A stretch of DNA of 64,000 nucleotides from an uncultured Blautia sp. (GCA_900539525.1 UQCM01000009.1:5535-69534), one strand, 5' to 3'; shown: positions 18,695 to 28,572, counted from the first letter of the stretch. A program made the numbers and translations. Notes: generated by a model not told the origin, from the sequence alone.

Positions 18695-19618
18695 ATGTGG
18701 GAAATAGAGATTGCAGGTGTGGATTTGTATCATATACTTGCCTGGCTGTTTGTATATAGTTTTCTGGGGTGGCTGTGGGAAAGCTGCTATGTATCGATCA
18801 AGCAGAAAAAACTGGTCAACAGGGGATTTGTCACCGGACCGGTATGTACGATTTACGGGGTGGGAGCAGTCAGTGTTTATTTGATCTTAAAGCCTCTGGC
18901 TGACAATCTGATCGTTCTGTATTTCGGAGGAGTTCTGGTCGCTACAGTGCTTGAATATTTTACAGCAGTCCTTATGGAGAAGCTGTTTCACACAAGCTGG
19001 TGGGATTACAGTAATAACCGGTTTAATTTCCAGGGGAGGATCTGTCTCGGAAGTTCGATCGCATGGGGATTCTTTACTGTAGTAATGTTCCGGGTCCTCC
19101 AGCCATTTGTGGAAATGATCGTCAGCCTGGTCAGCGAGAGTACAGGTCAGGTCATTCTGATGGTAGTCATGTTCGTCTATGCAGCAGATTTCGGATTTGC
19201 AACAGCGACTGCGATGGAACTCGGAAAGAAGCTGGAGCAGGTGGAGAAGGCAATGGCGGATTTCAACGATCAGCTTCAGAAATCAAAGCTTTATACCTCA
19301 GCATCTGAGGCACTGGAGGCACTGGAGAATCACAGGCGTGTACTGAGAGATTTAAATTTAAAGGAACGCATGGAGAAATACCAGGAACTGATGTCAGAGC
19401 GTTTTGAAAAGCTGGGGCTTCAGGAACAGAAGGAAGCTGCGGTGGAAAAATGGAAAGAAGTCAGTGAGAAGCTGTCTAATGCTGTCAACAGGGGAAGCTG
19501 GAACAGCAGGCGTCTGATAAAAGCATATCCAAATCTTAGTAAGGCAACCAGGGTACACAGAAAGCTCATTCATCTGAGCAGGCTTGAAAGGAAAAAACAT
19601 AAAAAGGATAAAAAATAA
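18695..19618 (+). CDS. PF06541-like membrane protein (paralogue of 5676-6974) with a C-terminal coiled-coil/basic tail
   Basis: FLGWLWESCY...NRGFVTGPVCTIYG. Lies immediately upstream of rnfC. Confidence 0.5.
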   Translation: MWEIEIAGVDLYHILAWLFVYSFLGWLWESCYVSIKQKKLVNRGFVTGPVCTIYGVGAVSVYLILKPLADNLIVLYFGGVLVATVLEYFTAVLMEKLFHTSWWDYSNNRFNFQGRICLGSSIAWGFFTVVMFRVLQPFVEMIVSLVSESTGQVILMVVMFVYAADFGFATATAMELGKKLEQVEKAMADFNDQLQKSKLYTSASEALEALENHRRVLRDLNLKERMEKYQELMSERFEKLGLQEQKEAAVEKWKEVSEKLSNAVNRGSWNSRRLIKAYPNLSKATRVHRKLIHLSRLERKKHKKDKK

Positions 19619-19635
19619 AGAAAGGAACGAGAAAG

Positions 19636-20955
19636 ATGGCAAAATTAACATTTACGGGGGGAATCCACCCTTACGATGGGAAGGACTTGTCAAAAGATAA
19701 GCCGATCCGGGACGTGTTACCTAAAGGGGAACTGGTTTATCCGCTTTCCCAGCACATCGGTGCGCCAGCAGCGCCGGTGGTGAAGAAAGGTGATCATGTT
19801 CTGGTCGGACAGATGATCGCTGAGGCAGGGGGGGTTGTATCTGCGCCGATTCATGCCTCTGTCTCAGGAACCGTGAAGGGTGTGGAAAAGCGTCTGACAG
19901 TAACGGGAATGCTGGCAGATGCGATCATTATTGAAAATGACGGTGAGTATAAGGAAATCGAATGGCCCGAAAGGAAGCCTCTGGAGAGTTTAAGCGGAGC
20001 AGAGATTCTTCAGTATGTAAAGGAGGCCGGTATCGTCGGCATGGGAGGTGCAGGTTTTCCGACTCATGTAAAGCTGTCACCGAAGGAGCCGGAGAAGATC
20101 GATTATGTCATTGCAAACTGCGCGGAATGTGAGCCGTATCTTACATCGGATTACCGGAGAATGATGGAGGAGCCGGAGAAGATCGTGGCGGGGCTTAAGG
20201 CTGCACTTCGGATCTTTCCTCATGCGAAGGGAATCCTTGCAGTTGAGAATAATAAAAGGGATGCCGCACAGCGTTTACGTGAAGCAGCAAAGAATGAGGA
20301 GAATATCGAGGTCATGGAGCTGAAAACAAAGTACCCGCAGGGTGCGGAGAGACAGCTGATCTATGCGACTACGGGTCGTAAGATCAATTCCTCCATGCTT
20401 CCGGCAGATGCAGGCTGCGTGGTAGATAACTGTGATACCATTTATGCCATCTATCAGGCAGTCTACACAGGACGTCCTCTGATGCACAGGATCGTGACAG
20501 TGACAGGTGATGCGATCGCGGATCCGCGCAATTTCCGTGTATGTACCGGAACGAATTATGCAGAGCTGGTGGATGAAGCGGGCGGATTTAAGACACAGCC
20601 GGAAAAGATCATATCGGGCGGTCCGATGATGGGATTTGGTCTTTACGATCTGAATGTACCGACGACAAAGACTTCCTCGGCACTCCTGTGTCTTACAAAG
20701 GATGAGGTGGCAGAGTACGAACCATCGAACTGTATCAACTGTGGACGATGTGTGAGTGTCTGTCCGGGAAGAGTGGTTCCGTCAAGACTGGCAGATTATG
20801 CCGAGCGCCATGATGAGGAGGCATTTGTGAAAGCAGACGGTATGGAATGCTGTGAATGCGGATGCTGCAGCTTTATCTGTCCGGCAAAACGGCCTCTGAC
20901 ACAGTACATAAAGTCCATGCGTAAGATCGTATTAGGAAACCGAAAGAAAAAATAG
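19636..20955 (+). CDS. rnfC: Rnf electron-transport complex subunit C
   Basis: N-terminal MAKLTFTGGIHP. C-terminal 2x[4Fe-4S] Cys motifs. Confidence 0.9.
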   Translation: MAKLTFTGGIHPYDGKDLSKDKPIRDVLPKGELVYPLSQHIGAPAAPVVKKGDHVLVGQMIAEAGGVVSAPIHASVSGTVKGVEKRLTVTGMLADAIIIENDGEYKEIEWPERKPLESLSGAEILQYVKEAGIVGMGGAGFPTHVKLSPKEPEKIDYVIANCAECEPYLTSDYRRMMEEPEKIVAGLKAALRIFPHAKGILAVENNKRDAAQRLREAAKNEENIEVMELKTKYPQGAERQLIYATTGRKINSSMLPADAGCVVDNCDTIYAIYQAVYTGRPLMHRIVTVTGDAIADPRNFRVCTGTNYAELVDEAGGFKTQPEKIISGGPMMGFGLYDLNVPTTKTSSALLCLTKDEVAEYEPSNCINCGRCVSVCPGRVVPSRLADYAERHDEEAFVKADGMECCECGCCSFICPAKRPLTQYIKSMRKIVLGNRKKK

Positions 20956-20965
20956 AAGGGAGAAC

Positions 20966-21904
20966 ATGAAGATGAGTGACTTATTGAATGTGTCATCCAA
21001 CCCCCATATCCGGTCACATGACACAACGGCAAAGATTATGCTTATGGTAGTAATTGCATTGCTTCCGGCAAGTGCTTTCGGTATCTTTCATTTCGGGCTG
21101 CGTGCACTTCTGCTGATACTGATATCAATTGCGACCTGCGTACTGACAGAATATACCTATGAGAAGCTGATGCACCGCAAAATCACGATCGGAGATTTCA
21201 GTGCGGTGGTAACAGGACTTCTCCTGGCATTGAATCTCCCGGTATCAGCTCCCTGGTGGATTCCGGTGTTTGGCGGTGTTTTTGCTATTTTGATCGTGAA
21301 ACAGCTTTTTGGAGGGCTGGGACAGAATTTTATGAATCCTGCACTGGGAGCCAGATGTTTTCTTCTGATTTCCTTCACAGGAAGAATGACGAACTTTGCA
21401 TTTGATGGATTTACGGGTGCTACACCGCTGGCAGCGTTGAAGGCAGGCGAATCCGTCAATCTTATGGACATGTTTCTGGGAAATACGGCTGGAACGATTG
21501 GTGAGACATCCGTCCTTGCGATCCTGTTGGGAGCAGCGATCCTCCTCTGGTTCGGAATCATTGATCTTCGGATTCCCGGAACCTATCTGGCAAGCTTTGC
21601 ACTGTTCGCAGTGCTTTTTGGCGGTCACGGACTGGATGGACAGTATCTGGTGGCTCAGCTTTGCGGCGGTGGTTTGATGCTTGGAGCATTTTTCATGGCG
21701 ACAGATTATGTGACGACTCCGATTACAAAAAAAGGACAGCTGGTTTACGGGTGTATTCTGGGAATCCTGACCGGCCTTTTCCGTATTTTCGGAAATGCAG
21801 CAGAGGGTGTATCTTATGCGATTATTATCGGAAATCTGCTGGTACCGCTGATTGAAAAGCTGACACCCCCTACAGCATTTGGCAAAGGAGGGAAAAAAGC
21901 ATGA
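20966..21904 (+). CDS. rnfD: Rnf complex subunit D
   Basis: NqrB/RnfD polytopic membrane protein in the expected order. Confidence 0.85.
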   Translation: MKMSDLLNVSSNPHIRSHDTTAKIMLMVVIALLPASAFGIFHFGLRALLLILISIATCVLTEYTYEKLMHRKITIGDFSAVVTGLLLALNLPVSAPWWIPVFGGVFAILIVKQLFGGLGQNFMNPALGARCFLLISFTGRMTNFAFDGFTGATPLAALKAGESVNLMDMFLGNTAGTIGETSVLAILLGAAILLWFGIIDLRIPGTYLASFALFAVLFGGHGLDGQYLVAQLCGGGLMLGAFFMATDYVTTPITKKGQLVYGCILGILTGLFRIFGNAAEGVSYAIIIGNLLVPLIEKLTPPTAFGKGGKKA

Positions 21905-22539
21905 ATAAAATTGTAAAAAATGCATTGATCCTGATGGCGATCACGCTGGTTGCAGGCATCTGTCTTGGATTTGTATATGAAATTACAAAGGAGCCGATTG
22001 CAATACAGGAGCAGCAGGCGAAGGAAGAAGCTTATCAGGCTGTTTTTCCCGGAATGGCTTCCATGGAAGCGGTTTATGGGCTGGACGAAGAGACGGATGC
22101 AGCACAGGTACAGGCGGAGGCAGATGCAGTCCTCACAGAAAATGATATGGGAGATATCCGGGTAGAGGAAGCATACCGCGCTGTAGATGAGAGCGGTGAG
22201 ACGCTTGGTATTGTGATGAATCTTACGACATCCGGTTATGGCGGAGAGATTAATTTTTCTATGGGTATACAGAAGGATGGGACTGTGAACGGTATCGAGA
22301 TCCTTTCCATCAGTGAGACAGCCGGTCTTGGTATGAGAGCAACAGAAGACGAATTTAAAAGTCAGTTCTCAGGAAAAAATGTTGAAAAATTTGCGGTAAC
22401 AAAGAGCGGCGCTTCTGCAGATGATGAGATTGATGCCATCAGCGGAGCTACGATTACCTCCAATGGAATGACAAAAGGTGTGAATGCGGGAATCTGCTAT
22501 TTCAGAAGCCTGGTGGAAGGAGGAGTATTCAATGAATAA
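21901..22539 (+). CDS. rnfG: Rnf complex subunit G (FMN-binding)
   Basis: FMN_bind domain with a SGAT(I/V)TS flavinylation motif. Confidence 0.8.
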   Translation: MNKIVKNALILMAITLVAGICLGFVYEITKEPIAIQEQQAKEEAYQAVFPGMASMEAVYGLDEETDAAQVQAEADAVLTENDMGDIRVEEAYRAVDESGETLGIVMNLTTSGYGGEINFSMGIQKDGTVNGIEILSISETAGLGMRATEDEFKSQFSGKNVEKFAVTKSGASADDEIDAISGATITSNGMTKGVNAGICYFRSLVEGGVFNE

Positions 22540-23215
22540 GCTGACAGAACGTCTATATAATGGAATCATAAAAGAAAATCCTACTTTTGTGTTAATGCTG
22601 GGAATGTGTCCCACGCTGGCGGTTACTACATCAGCAGTGAACGGTCTTGGCATGGGACTGACAACCACGATTATCCTGGCACTGTCGAATGCCATGATTT
22701 CCGCACTCAGGAAAATCATTCCGAATGGAGTCCGCATGCCGGCATTTATTGTGGTTGTGGCATCCTTCGTAACGATTGTACAGTTTCTGCTTCAGGGATA
22801 TGTACCGTCTCTGTATGACAGCCTGGGTATCTATATTCCGCTGATCGTGGTAAACTGTATCATATTGGGCCGTGCGGAAGCATATGCTTCTCAGAATCCG
22901 ATCCTTCCGTCTCTGTTTGACGGAATCGGTATGGGGCTTGGATTTACCATTGGACTTACCTGTATTGGTATCGTACGTGAGGTGATTGGCTCCGGAAAGA
23001 TTTTCGGTATGCAGGTCATGCCGTCATCCTATGAGCCGGTGACGATTTTTATTCTGGCTCCGGGCGCATTCCTGGTACTGTCTATGCTGACGGCACTTCA
23101 GAATAAAGTTAAGAAGAATATGGAACAAAAGGGACAGGAGACAAAGATTGGAACAGGATGTACCGGTTCCTGTGCTACATGCTCCAGCTCATGCAGTAAA
23201 GGAGGGGAAGCATAA
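22532..23215 (+). CDS. rnfE: Rnf complex subunit E
   Basis: Start set at MNKLTERLYNG with a GAAGGAGGAG RBS. Confidence 0.85.
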   Translation: MNKLTERLYNGIIKENPTFVLMLGMCPTLAVTTSAVNGLGMGLTTTIILALSNAMISALRKIIPNGVRMPAFIVVVASFVTIVQFLLQGYVPSLYDSLGIYIPLIVVNCIILGRAEAYASQNPILPSLFDGIGMGLGFTIGLTCIGIVREVIGSGKIFGMQVMPSSYEPVTIFILAPGAFLVLSMLTALQNKVKKNMEQKGQETKIGTGCTGSCATCSSSCSKGGEA

Positions 23216-23790
23216 TGGGAAAATTATTGATGATCGCAGTGGGAGCTGCATTTATTAACAATGTAGTGCTGAGCCAGTTCCTGGGTATCTGTGCGTTTGT
23301 GGGCGTTTCCAGAAAGACAGAGACAGCTGCGGGAATGGGAGCGGCAGTTGTGTTTGTTATCACCCTTTCCTCACTGATTGCAGGAGTGATCTATAAGTGC
23401 ATCCTGGTGCCGCTGAATGTCACCTATCTACAGACGATCGTTTTTATCCTGGTGATCGCTGCTCTGGTACAGCTTGTTGAGATGGTCATAAAGAAATACA
23501 GTATGGCGCTCTATGAAGCACTTGGTGTGTATCTGCCGCTGATCACAACGAACTGTGCAGTACTTGGAGTGGCATTGATCAATGTGACAAAATCCTATAC
23601 GATTTTTGAAGGTGTGGTAAATGGATTCGCAACAGCAGTGGGATTTCTGATCGCCATTGTACTGATGGCAGGTATCCGGGAAAAGACAGAGCATAATGAT
23701 ATTCCCGAATCCTTTCAGGGATCGCCAATCGTACTGCTGACAGCGTGTCTGATGGCAATCGCATTTTTCGGCTTTTCAGGACTGAAATAA
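23215..23790 (+). CDS. rnfA: Rnf complex subunit A
   Basis: RnfA/NqrE-like. The ATG overlaps the rnfE stop. Confidence 0.85.
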   Translation: MGKLLMIAVGAAFINNVVLSQFLGICAFVGVSRKTETAAGMGAAVVFVITLSSLIAGVIYKCILVPLNVTYLQTIVFILVIAALVQLVEMVIKKYSMALYEALGVYLPLITTNCAVLGVALINVTKSYTIFEGVVNGFATAVGFLIAIVLMAGIREKTEHNDIPESFQGSPIVLLTACLMAIAFFGFSGLK

Positions 23791-23802
23791 GGAGGAAGGC
23801 AT

Positions 23803-24624
23803 ATGAACGGAATAATACTGGCCGCCCTGATCGTAGGCGGTACCGGCCTGATTCTCGGTTTGTTTCTGGGACTGGCCGATAAGAAATTCAAGGTAGAAAC
23901 AGATGAAAAGGTGGAGATGATCCGTGCAGAGCTTCCCGGAAACAACTGTGGAGGATGCGGATATGCAGGATGTGACGCGGTTGCCAAGGCAATCGCAGCC
24001 GGAGAGGCAGAAGTGTCAGCCTGTCCCGTAGGAGGTGTTGTTACAGCAGCCAGAATCGCCGCTATTATGGGGAAGGAAGCAAAAGAGGAAGAACGCATGG
24101 TGGCGTTTGTCAAATGTGCCGGAACCTGTGAAAAGACCCATAGCAACTATGATTACTACGGTGTTCGGGATTGTGAAATGATGAGTTTCGTGCCATCCGG
24201 AGGACCGAAAAGCTGTAATTACGGATGTCTCGGCTATGGCTCCTGTGTGAAAGCATGCCAGTTCGATGCGATTCATGTCATTGATGGAATCGCAGTTGTA
24301 GATAAAGAAAAATGTAAGGCCTGCGGAAAATGTGTGAGCAGATGTCCGAAGCATTTGATCGAACTGGTGCCTTACAGGGCAGAGCAGCTGGTACAGTGTG
24401 CGTCCAGAGATAAGGGAAAAACTCTGATGCAGGCATGTAAGGCTGGCTGTATCGGATGCAAGAAATGCGAAAAGGAATGTCCGCAGCAGGCAGTTACAGT
24501 GACGGACAATGTGGCACATATTGATTATGCGAAATGTACAAACTGCGGCACATGCGCTTCGGTATGTCCGAGGAAGATTATCGTTACTATTCACACGTCA
24601 GCCAGTTCGAGGTGTTTTCTGTGA
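23803..24624 (+). CDS. rnfB: Rnf complex subunit B (polyferredoxin). The last 14 codons are supplied by the inserted MITE.
   Basis: Multiple CxxCxxCxxxCP motifs. The ORF runs 42 nt into the repeat copy 24583-24738. Confidence 0.85.
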   Translation: MNGIILAALIVGGTGLILGLFLGLADKKFKVETDEKVEMIRAELPGNNCGGCGYAGCDAVAKAIAAGEAEVSACPVGGVVTAARIAAIMGKEAKEEERMVAFVKCAGTCEKTHSNYDYYGVRDCEMMSFVPSGGPKSCNYGCLGYGSCVKACQFDAIHVIDGIAVVDKEKCKACGKCVSRCPKHLIELVPYRAEQLVQCASRDKGKTLMQACKAGCIGCKKCEKECPQQAVTVTDNVAHIDYAKCTNCGTCASVCPRKIIVTIHTSASSRCFL

Positions 24625-24738
24625 GTGTAGCGAAGCGAAAGTCACGTAAAAACCCGAGAGTAGCAGCGCGATATGATGCAGAATGCATCATATCTGTGCA
24701 TCGCGAAGCGTGTTACTGGTCACGGAGTGAACAGTAAC
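24583..24738 (+). mobile_element. Family-2 MITE-like element, full copy A (TIRs GTTACTATTCAC / GTGAACAGTAAC)
   Basis: About 155 bp. More than 90% identical to 28418-28572 and 55224-55379. Contains an internal 11-bp-stem palindrome GATATGATGCA-GAA-TGCATCATATC. Confidence 0.7.
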
Positions 24739-24944
24739 AGATTATCAGTACACCAGAAAAAAGGTGAGAAATTGTCAGATAGCGAAAGAGACAACGGAAA
24801 GATACAAAAGAAGTGGAAGAAAGAGCAGTCTTCGTTTATAAAGGTGCAAAATGGTTAGAATGAGAAACCGTGTCATGCAGAACGAAGTAATAAGAAAGCT
24901 GACTTTGAATGTCAGCGCTACTGAAAGAAGGGAGAAGCATGATC

Positions 24945-25934
24945 ATGAATAAGAGAAGATTTGGGGTTTTAGCTTTTTTCGTGTTTACACTCAGTCTGTT
25001 CGTTCCCGCTTCTGTATTTGCAGAGGGAAACGCGAATGGATTTGTAAAACAGGGAACAGCTACGTATTATTTTCAGGATGGAAAAATGCAGAAAGGCTGG
25101 CAGGTCGTTGATGGAAAGCGATATTTTTTTCGGAAAAACGGACAAATGGCAGTTGGGCGATACAAAATCGGAAAGACCACATACTATTTTAATACGAAGG
25201 GCGTTTGTGTAAAGAAGATTCCGGATGCATCCTGGGAAGTAGATAAGAAAGGGCGCCGCTACTGCGACGGAATGGATAAATATCTGAAGAACGGCTGGAA
25301 GACGATTCAGGGAAGAAAGTTTTGCTTCGATAAAAAGGGATATGTGCTGACGGGTATACAGACAGTAGGAAAATATACGTACTGTTTCAGCAGCAACGGT
25401 ATCATGAGAACAAACAAATGGGTGCGCTCGAATGGAGGAAAATACTATTTCGGGGCTGACGGGCGAATGGTGAGGAATGCCTGGGTGGATGATATTTATC
25501 TTGGAGATGACGGCAGGCAGATCAAAGATTATGTGGATGAGACCAGAAATAACAGTAAGAAAACGGGATGGGTAGGATATGCAAGACTCTGGAAATACTA
25601 TGTAAACGGCAAGCTTGTGACCGGATGGAAAGATATTCAGAATAAAAGATATTTCTTCCAGTCCACAGGATACATGAAAATCGGCTGGTACAATGATGGA
25701 AAGAACTATTATTTCCTGAACACCACAGCTGGAAGGGAAACTCTTGGTGTCATGGCAACGAATTTCATGAGAATTGATGGAAAGGTTTACTATTTCTTCC
25801 CGAAAGATGTGAAGGATTCTGACGGAAAGCTTCATCCAAGAGGAAGTATGGCAAGAGGGTTAATGATCCGCTATAATGGCAAGGAATACTCTTTTGATAA
25901 CCAGGGAGTATGCAAAGAGCTGACAGAGAGCTGA
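24945..25934 (+). CDS. Secreted protein with cell-wall-binding (CW_binding_1 / choline-binding-type) repeats
   Basis: Signal peptide MNKRRFGVLAFFVF...A. Repeated GW..DG..YYF modules. Confidence 0.7.
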   Translation: MNKRRFGVLAFFVFTLSLFVPASVFAEGNANGFVKQGTATYYFQDGKMQKGWQVVDGKRYFFRKNGQMAVGRYKIGKTTYYFNTKGVCVKKIPDASWEVDKKGRRYCDGMDKYLKNGWKTIQGRKFCFDKKGYVLTGIQTVGKYTYCFSSNGIMRTNKWVRSNGGKYYFGADGRMVRNAWVDDIYLGDDGRQIKDYVDETRNNSKKTGWVGYARLWKYYVNGKLVTGWKDIQNKRYFFQSTGYMKIGWYNDGKNYYFLNTTAGRETLGVMATNFMRIDGKVYYFFPKDVKDSDGKLHPRGSMARGLMIRYNGKEYSFDNQGVCKELTES

Positions 25935-25967
25935 CAGAGAATCCAAACGAAATATGAAACAAAGGAA

Positions 25968-26007
25968 AGCCGCGGTGCTGCATTTCACGTGCAGACCGCG
26001 GCTTTTA
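25968..26007. terminator. Bidirectional hairpin between convergent genes
   Basis: AAAGCCGCGGT...ACCGCGGCTTT inverted repeat. Confidence 0.55.
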
Positions 26008-26025
26008 CAAACCACAGGAGATACT

Positions 26026-27015
26026 CTACCGGGGAAATCCGGAGGAATAGTGAAGCTGGTAATCTTCTGTGATAAACAGTGCTTCTGTATCGTCCATAGA
26101 TTCAATCAGTTCCATTCCTTTTTCCATTCCAAGACCGAAGCAAGAGGTGGAGAGTGCATCGGCTTCTGCCGAAGACTCACAGAGAATGGTTACGCTGTAA
26201 AGTCCGTTGTCGAAAGGATATCCCCCGGCTGGATCCAGCAGATGATGATAAAGGATATCATTCTCTTCAAAACATCGCTCATAAATGCCGGAAGTTACCA
26301 AAGACTGATCATTTAGTGCAGCGGCAGCAATGGAATCAGAGGCATCAGCAAATGGACGCTGGATTCCAATGCGAAAAGCAGTGCCATCCGGCTTGCTTCC
26401 TACAGCCAGCACGTTACCGCCCAGATTAATCAGAGCACTGCCGGTACCTTCAGAAACGAGGAAGGCCTTCAGCTGATCGGCGATATAGCCCTTTGCAATA
26501 CCGCCGAGGTCAAGTGCCATTTCCGGATCTGTTAGAGTTACTGTGTTTCCACGCAGGAGTATCTTGCGATAATCCACATGGGAACATGCTTCTGCAATAT
26601 CCTGTCCGGAAGGAACCGCGGCATCTTTCCTGTGAAAATCCCAGATATCAGAAAGCGGGGCAATAGAACAGTCAAAGGTACCATTCGTCAGTCGGCTGTA
26701 GTAGAGAGCTGTTTCGAGCAGAGAGGCAGTCTCCTCAGATACCTCCACAGGCTGCCCATTGGCATGGTTGATCCGGTAAATGTCACTTCCTTCTATGGTA
26801 CGTGAGAATAGATGTTCATATTCTTCACAGAGCGAGAGACACTCATTCAGAAGTGTCTCTCGCTCTGTCCTGCTGTCCGTTTCATAGATCGTGACTGTGA
26901 TAACAGTATCAAAGTAAAAGCCGCTTTTGCTTACCGGATCATCTGTTTTTCCGCAGCCGGTCAATATTACGGCACTCAGGAAAGACAGCAGAAGCACAAG
27001 ACACTTTCTACACAT
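26026..27015 (-). CDS. apbE: FAD:protein FMN transferase lipoprotein (ApbE), the expected flavinylation partner of RnfG/RnfD
   Basis: Lipobox LTGCGK and ApbE-family motifs. Start ATG at 27015 overlaps the trpB2 stop. Confidence 0.8.
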   Translation of the reverse strand: MCRKCLVLLLSFLSAVILTGCGKTDDPVSKSGFYFDTVITVTIYETDSRTERETLLNECLSLCEEYEHLFSRTIEGSDIYRINHANGQPVEVSEETASLLETALYYSRLTNGTFDCSIAPLSDIWDFHRKDAAVPSGQDIAEACSHVDYRKILLRGNTVTLTDPEMALDLGGIAKGYIADQLKAFLVSEGTGSALINLGGNVLAVGSKPDGTAFRIGIQRPFADASDSIAAAALNDQSLVTSGIYERCFEENDILYHHLLDPAGGYPFDNGLYSVTILCESSAEADALSTSCFGLGMEKGMELIESMDDTEALFITEDYQLHYSSGFPR

Positions 27016-28378
27016 TCGGCAGTGAAGCAAATCCCGGAGCCAGATCTTCGTCTGTAGGGATGTAATCTCTCATCTCACCATTGTTGTATTTTCCGTATGC
27101 AACCATATCGAAGTATCCTGTTCCTGTCAGTCCGAATACAATGGTCTTTTCCTCGCCGGTTTCCCTGCACTTCAGGGCCTCATCAATGGCAACACGGATC
27201 GCATGGCTGCTTTCCGGTGCCGGAAGGATTCCTTCCACTCGTGCGAATTGCTGTGCTGCTTCAAATACTGAAGTCTGTTCGACAGAGACAGCCTCCAGAA
27301 GACCGTCATCATAGAGCTGGGAGACGGTAGAGCTCATGCCGTGGTAGCGAAGTCCGCCTGCATGGTTGGCAGATGGAATAAAGCCGCTTCCAAGAGTATA
27401 CATTTTTGCGAGCGGACAGACCATTCCGGTATCACAGAAGTCATAAGCATATCTGCCGCGGGTAAGACTCGGACAGGATGCCGGCTCTACTGCGATGATC
27501 CGGTAATGGTCTTCACCTCGAAGCATATCACCTACAAACGGGGAGATCAGGCCGCCCAGATTCGAACCGCCTCCGGCACAGCCGATGATGATATCGGGAT
27601 GAATGTCATATTTATTCAGGGCTGCTTTTGCCTCCAGGCCGATGATGGACTGATGCAGCAATACCTGGGAGAGTACAGATCCGAGCACATAGCGGTAACC
27701 TTCTGTCTTTGTTGCTGTCTCAACAGCTTCTGAGATCGCGCAGCCAAGACTGCCGGTGGTTCCGGGATGTGCAGCCAGAATCTTCTTTCCTACCTCGGTG
27801 GTTTCAGATGGGGATGGCGTCACGGAAGCGCCATACGTTCTCATAACCTCCCGGCGGAAAGGCTTCTGTTCATAGGAGACCTTTACCATGTAAACCTTAC
27901 AGTCCAGGTCAAAGTAGGAGCATGCCATGGAAAGTGCTGTGCCCCACTGACCTGCACCTGTCTCTGTAGTCACGCCCTTTAAGCCCTGCTTTTTTGCATA
28001 GTAAGCCTGAGCGATGGCAGAGTTCAGCTTGTGGCTGCCCGAGGTGTTATTTCCCTCAAACTTGTAATAGATTTTCGCAGGGGTATCTAGCTTTTTCTCA
28101 AGACAGTATGCTCTTACAAGAGGAGACGGACGGTACATTTTGTAAAAATCACGGATTTCCACCGGAATATCGATGTAAGGCGTTGTATCATCCAGCTCCT
28201 GCATGGCCAGCTCACGGCAGAAGATCTGCTCCATTTCCTCCAGAGTCAAAGGCTGCAGAGTAGCAGGATTCAGAAGCGGAGCGGGCTTGTTTTTCATATC
28301 TGCGCGGACATTGTACCACTGTCTGGGCATTTCGCTTTCTTCCAGATAAATCTTATAGGGGATTTTCTTTTCTGTCAT
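27008..28378 (-). CDS. TrpB2-type tryptophan synthase beta-like PLP enzyme
   Basis: N-terminal MTEKKIPYKIYLEE..MPRQWYNV, typical of TrpB2. Start reset to the ATG with a GAAAGGAA RBS. Confidence 0.8.
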   Translation of the reverse strand: MTEKKIPYKIYLEESEMPRQWYNVRADMKNKPAPLLNPATLQPLTLEEMEQIFCRELAMQELDDTTPYIDIPVEIRDFYKMYRPSPLVRAYCLEKKLDTPAKIYYKFEGNNTSGSHKLNSAIAQAYYAKKQGLKGVTTETGAGQWGTALSMACSYFDLDCKVYMVKVSYEQKPFRREVMRTYGASVTPSPSETTEVGKKILAAHPGTTGSLGCAISEAVETATKTEGYRYVLGSVLSQVLLHQSIIGLEAKAALNKYDIHPDIIIGCAGGGSNLGGLISPFVGDMLRGEDHYRIIAVEPASCPSLTRGRYAYDFCDTGMVCPLAKMYTLGSGFIPSANHAGGLRYHGMSSTVSQLYDDGLLEAVSVEQTSVFEAAQQFARVEGILPAPESSHAIRVAIDEALKCRETGEEKTIVFGLTGTGYFDMVAYGKYNNGEMRDYIPTDEDLAPGFASLPNV

Positions 28379-28417
28379 AGTATTAATGTTCCTTTCTTTT
28401 CTTTGTGAAGATAATTT

Positions 28418-28572
28418 GTTACTATACACACGTCAGCCAATTCGAGGTGTTTTCTGTGAGTGTAGCGAAGCGAAAGTCACAGAAAACCCAAAAGTAGCAG
28501 CGCGATATGATGCAGAATGCATCATATCTGTGCATCGCGAAGCGTTTTACTGGCCACGGAGTGAACAGTAAC
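28418..28572 (+). mobile_element. Family-2 MITE-like element, copy B (TIRs GTTACTATACAC / GTGAACAGTAAC)
   Basis: Lies 40 nt upstream of the trpB2 start codon, in the divergent region before galK. Confidence 0.7.

Noticed and set aside
24534-24737. Small ORFs of 60-80 aa lying inside the family-2 repeats (also 28386-28571 and, on the minus strand, 53516-53764), which give similar peptides such as …AARYDAECIISVHREA…
   Set aside because: They are a by-product of the repeated DNA. The reading frame and start differ between copies, no RBS is present, and palindromic DNA generates spurious ORFs. I treat them as non-coding.
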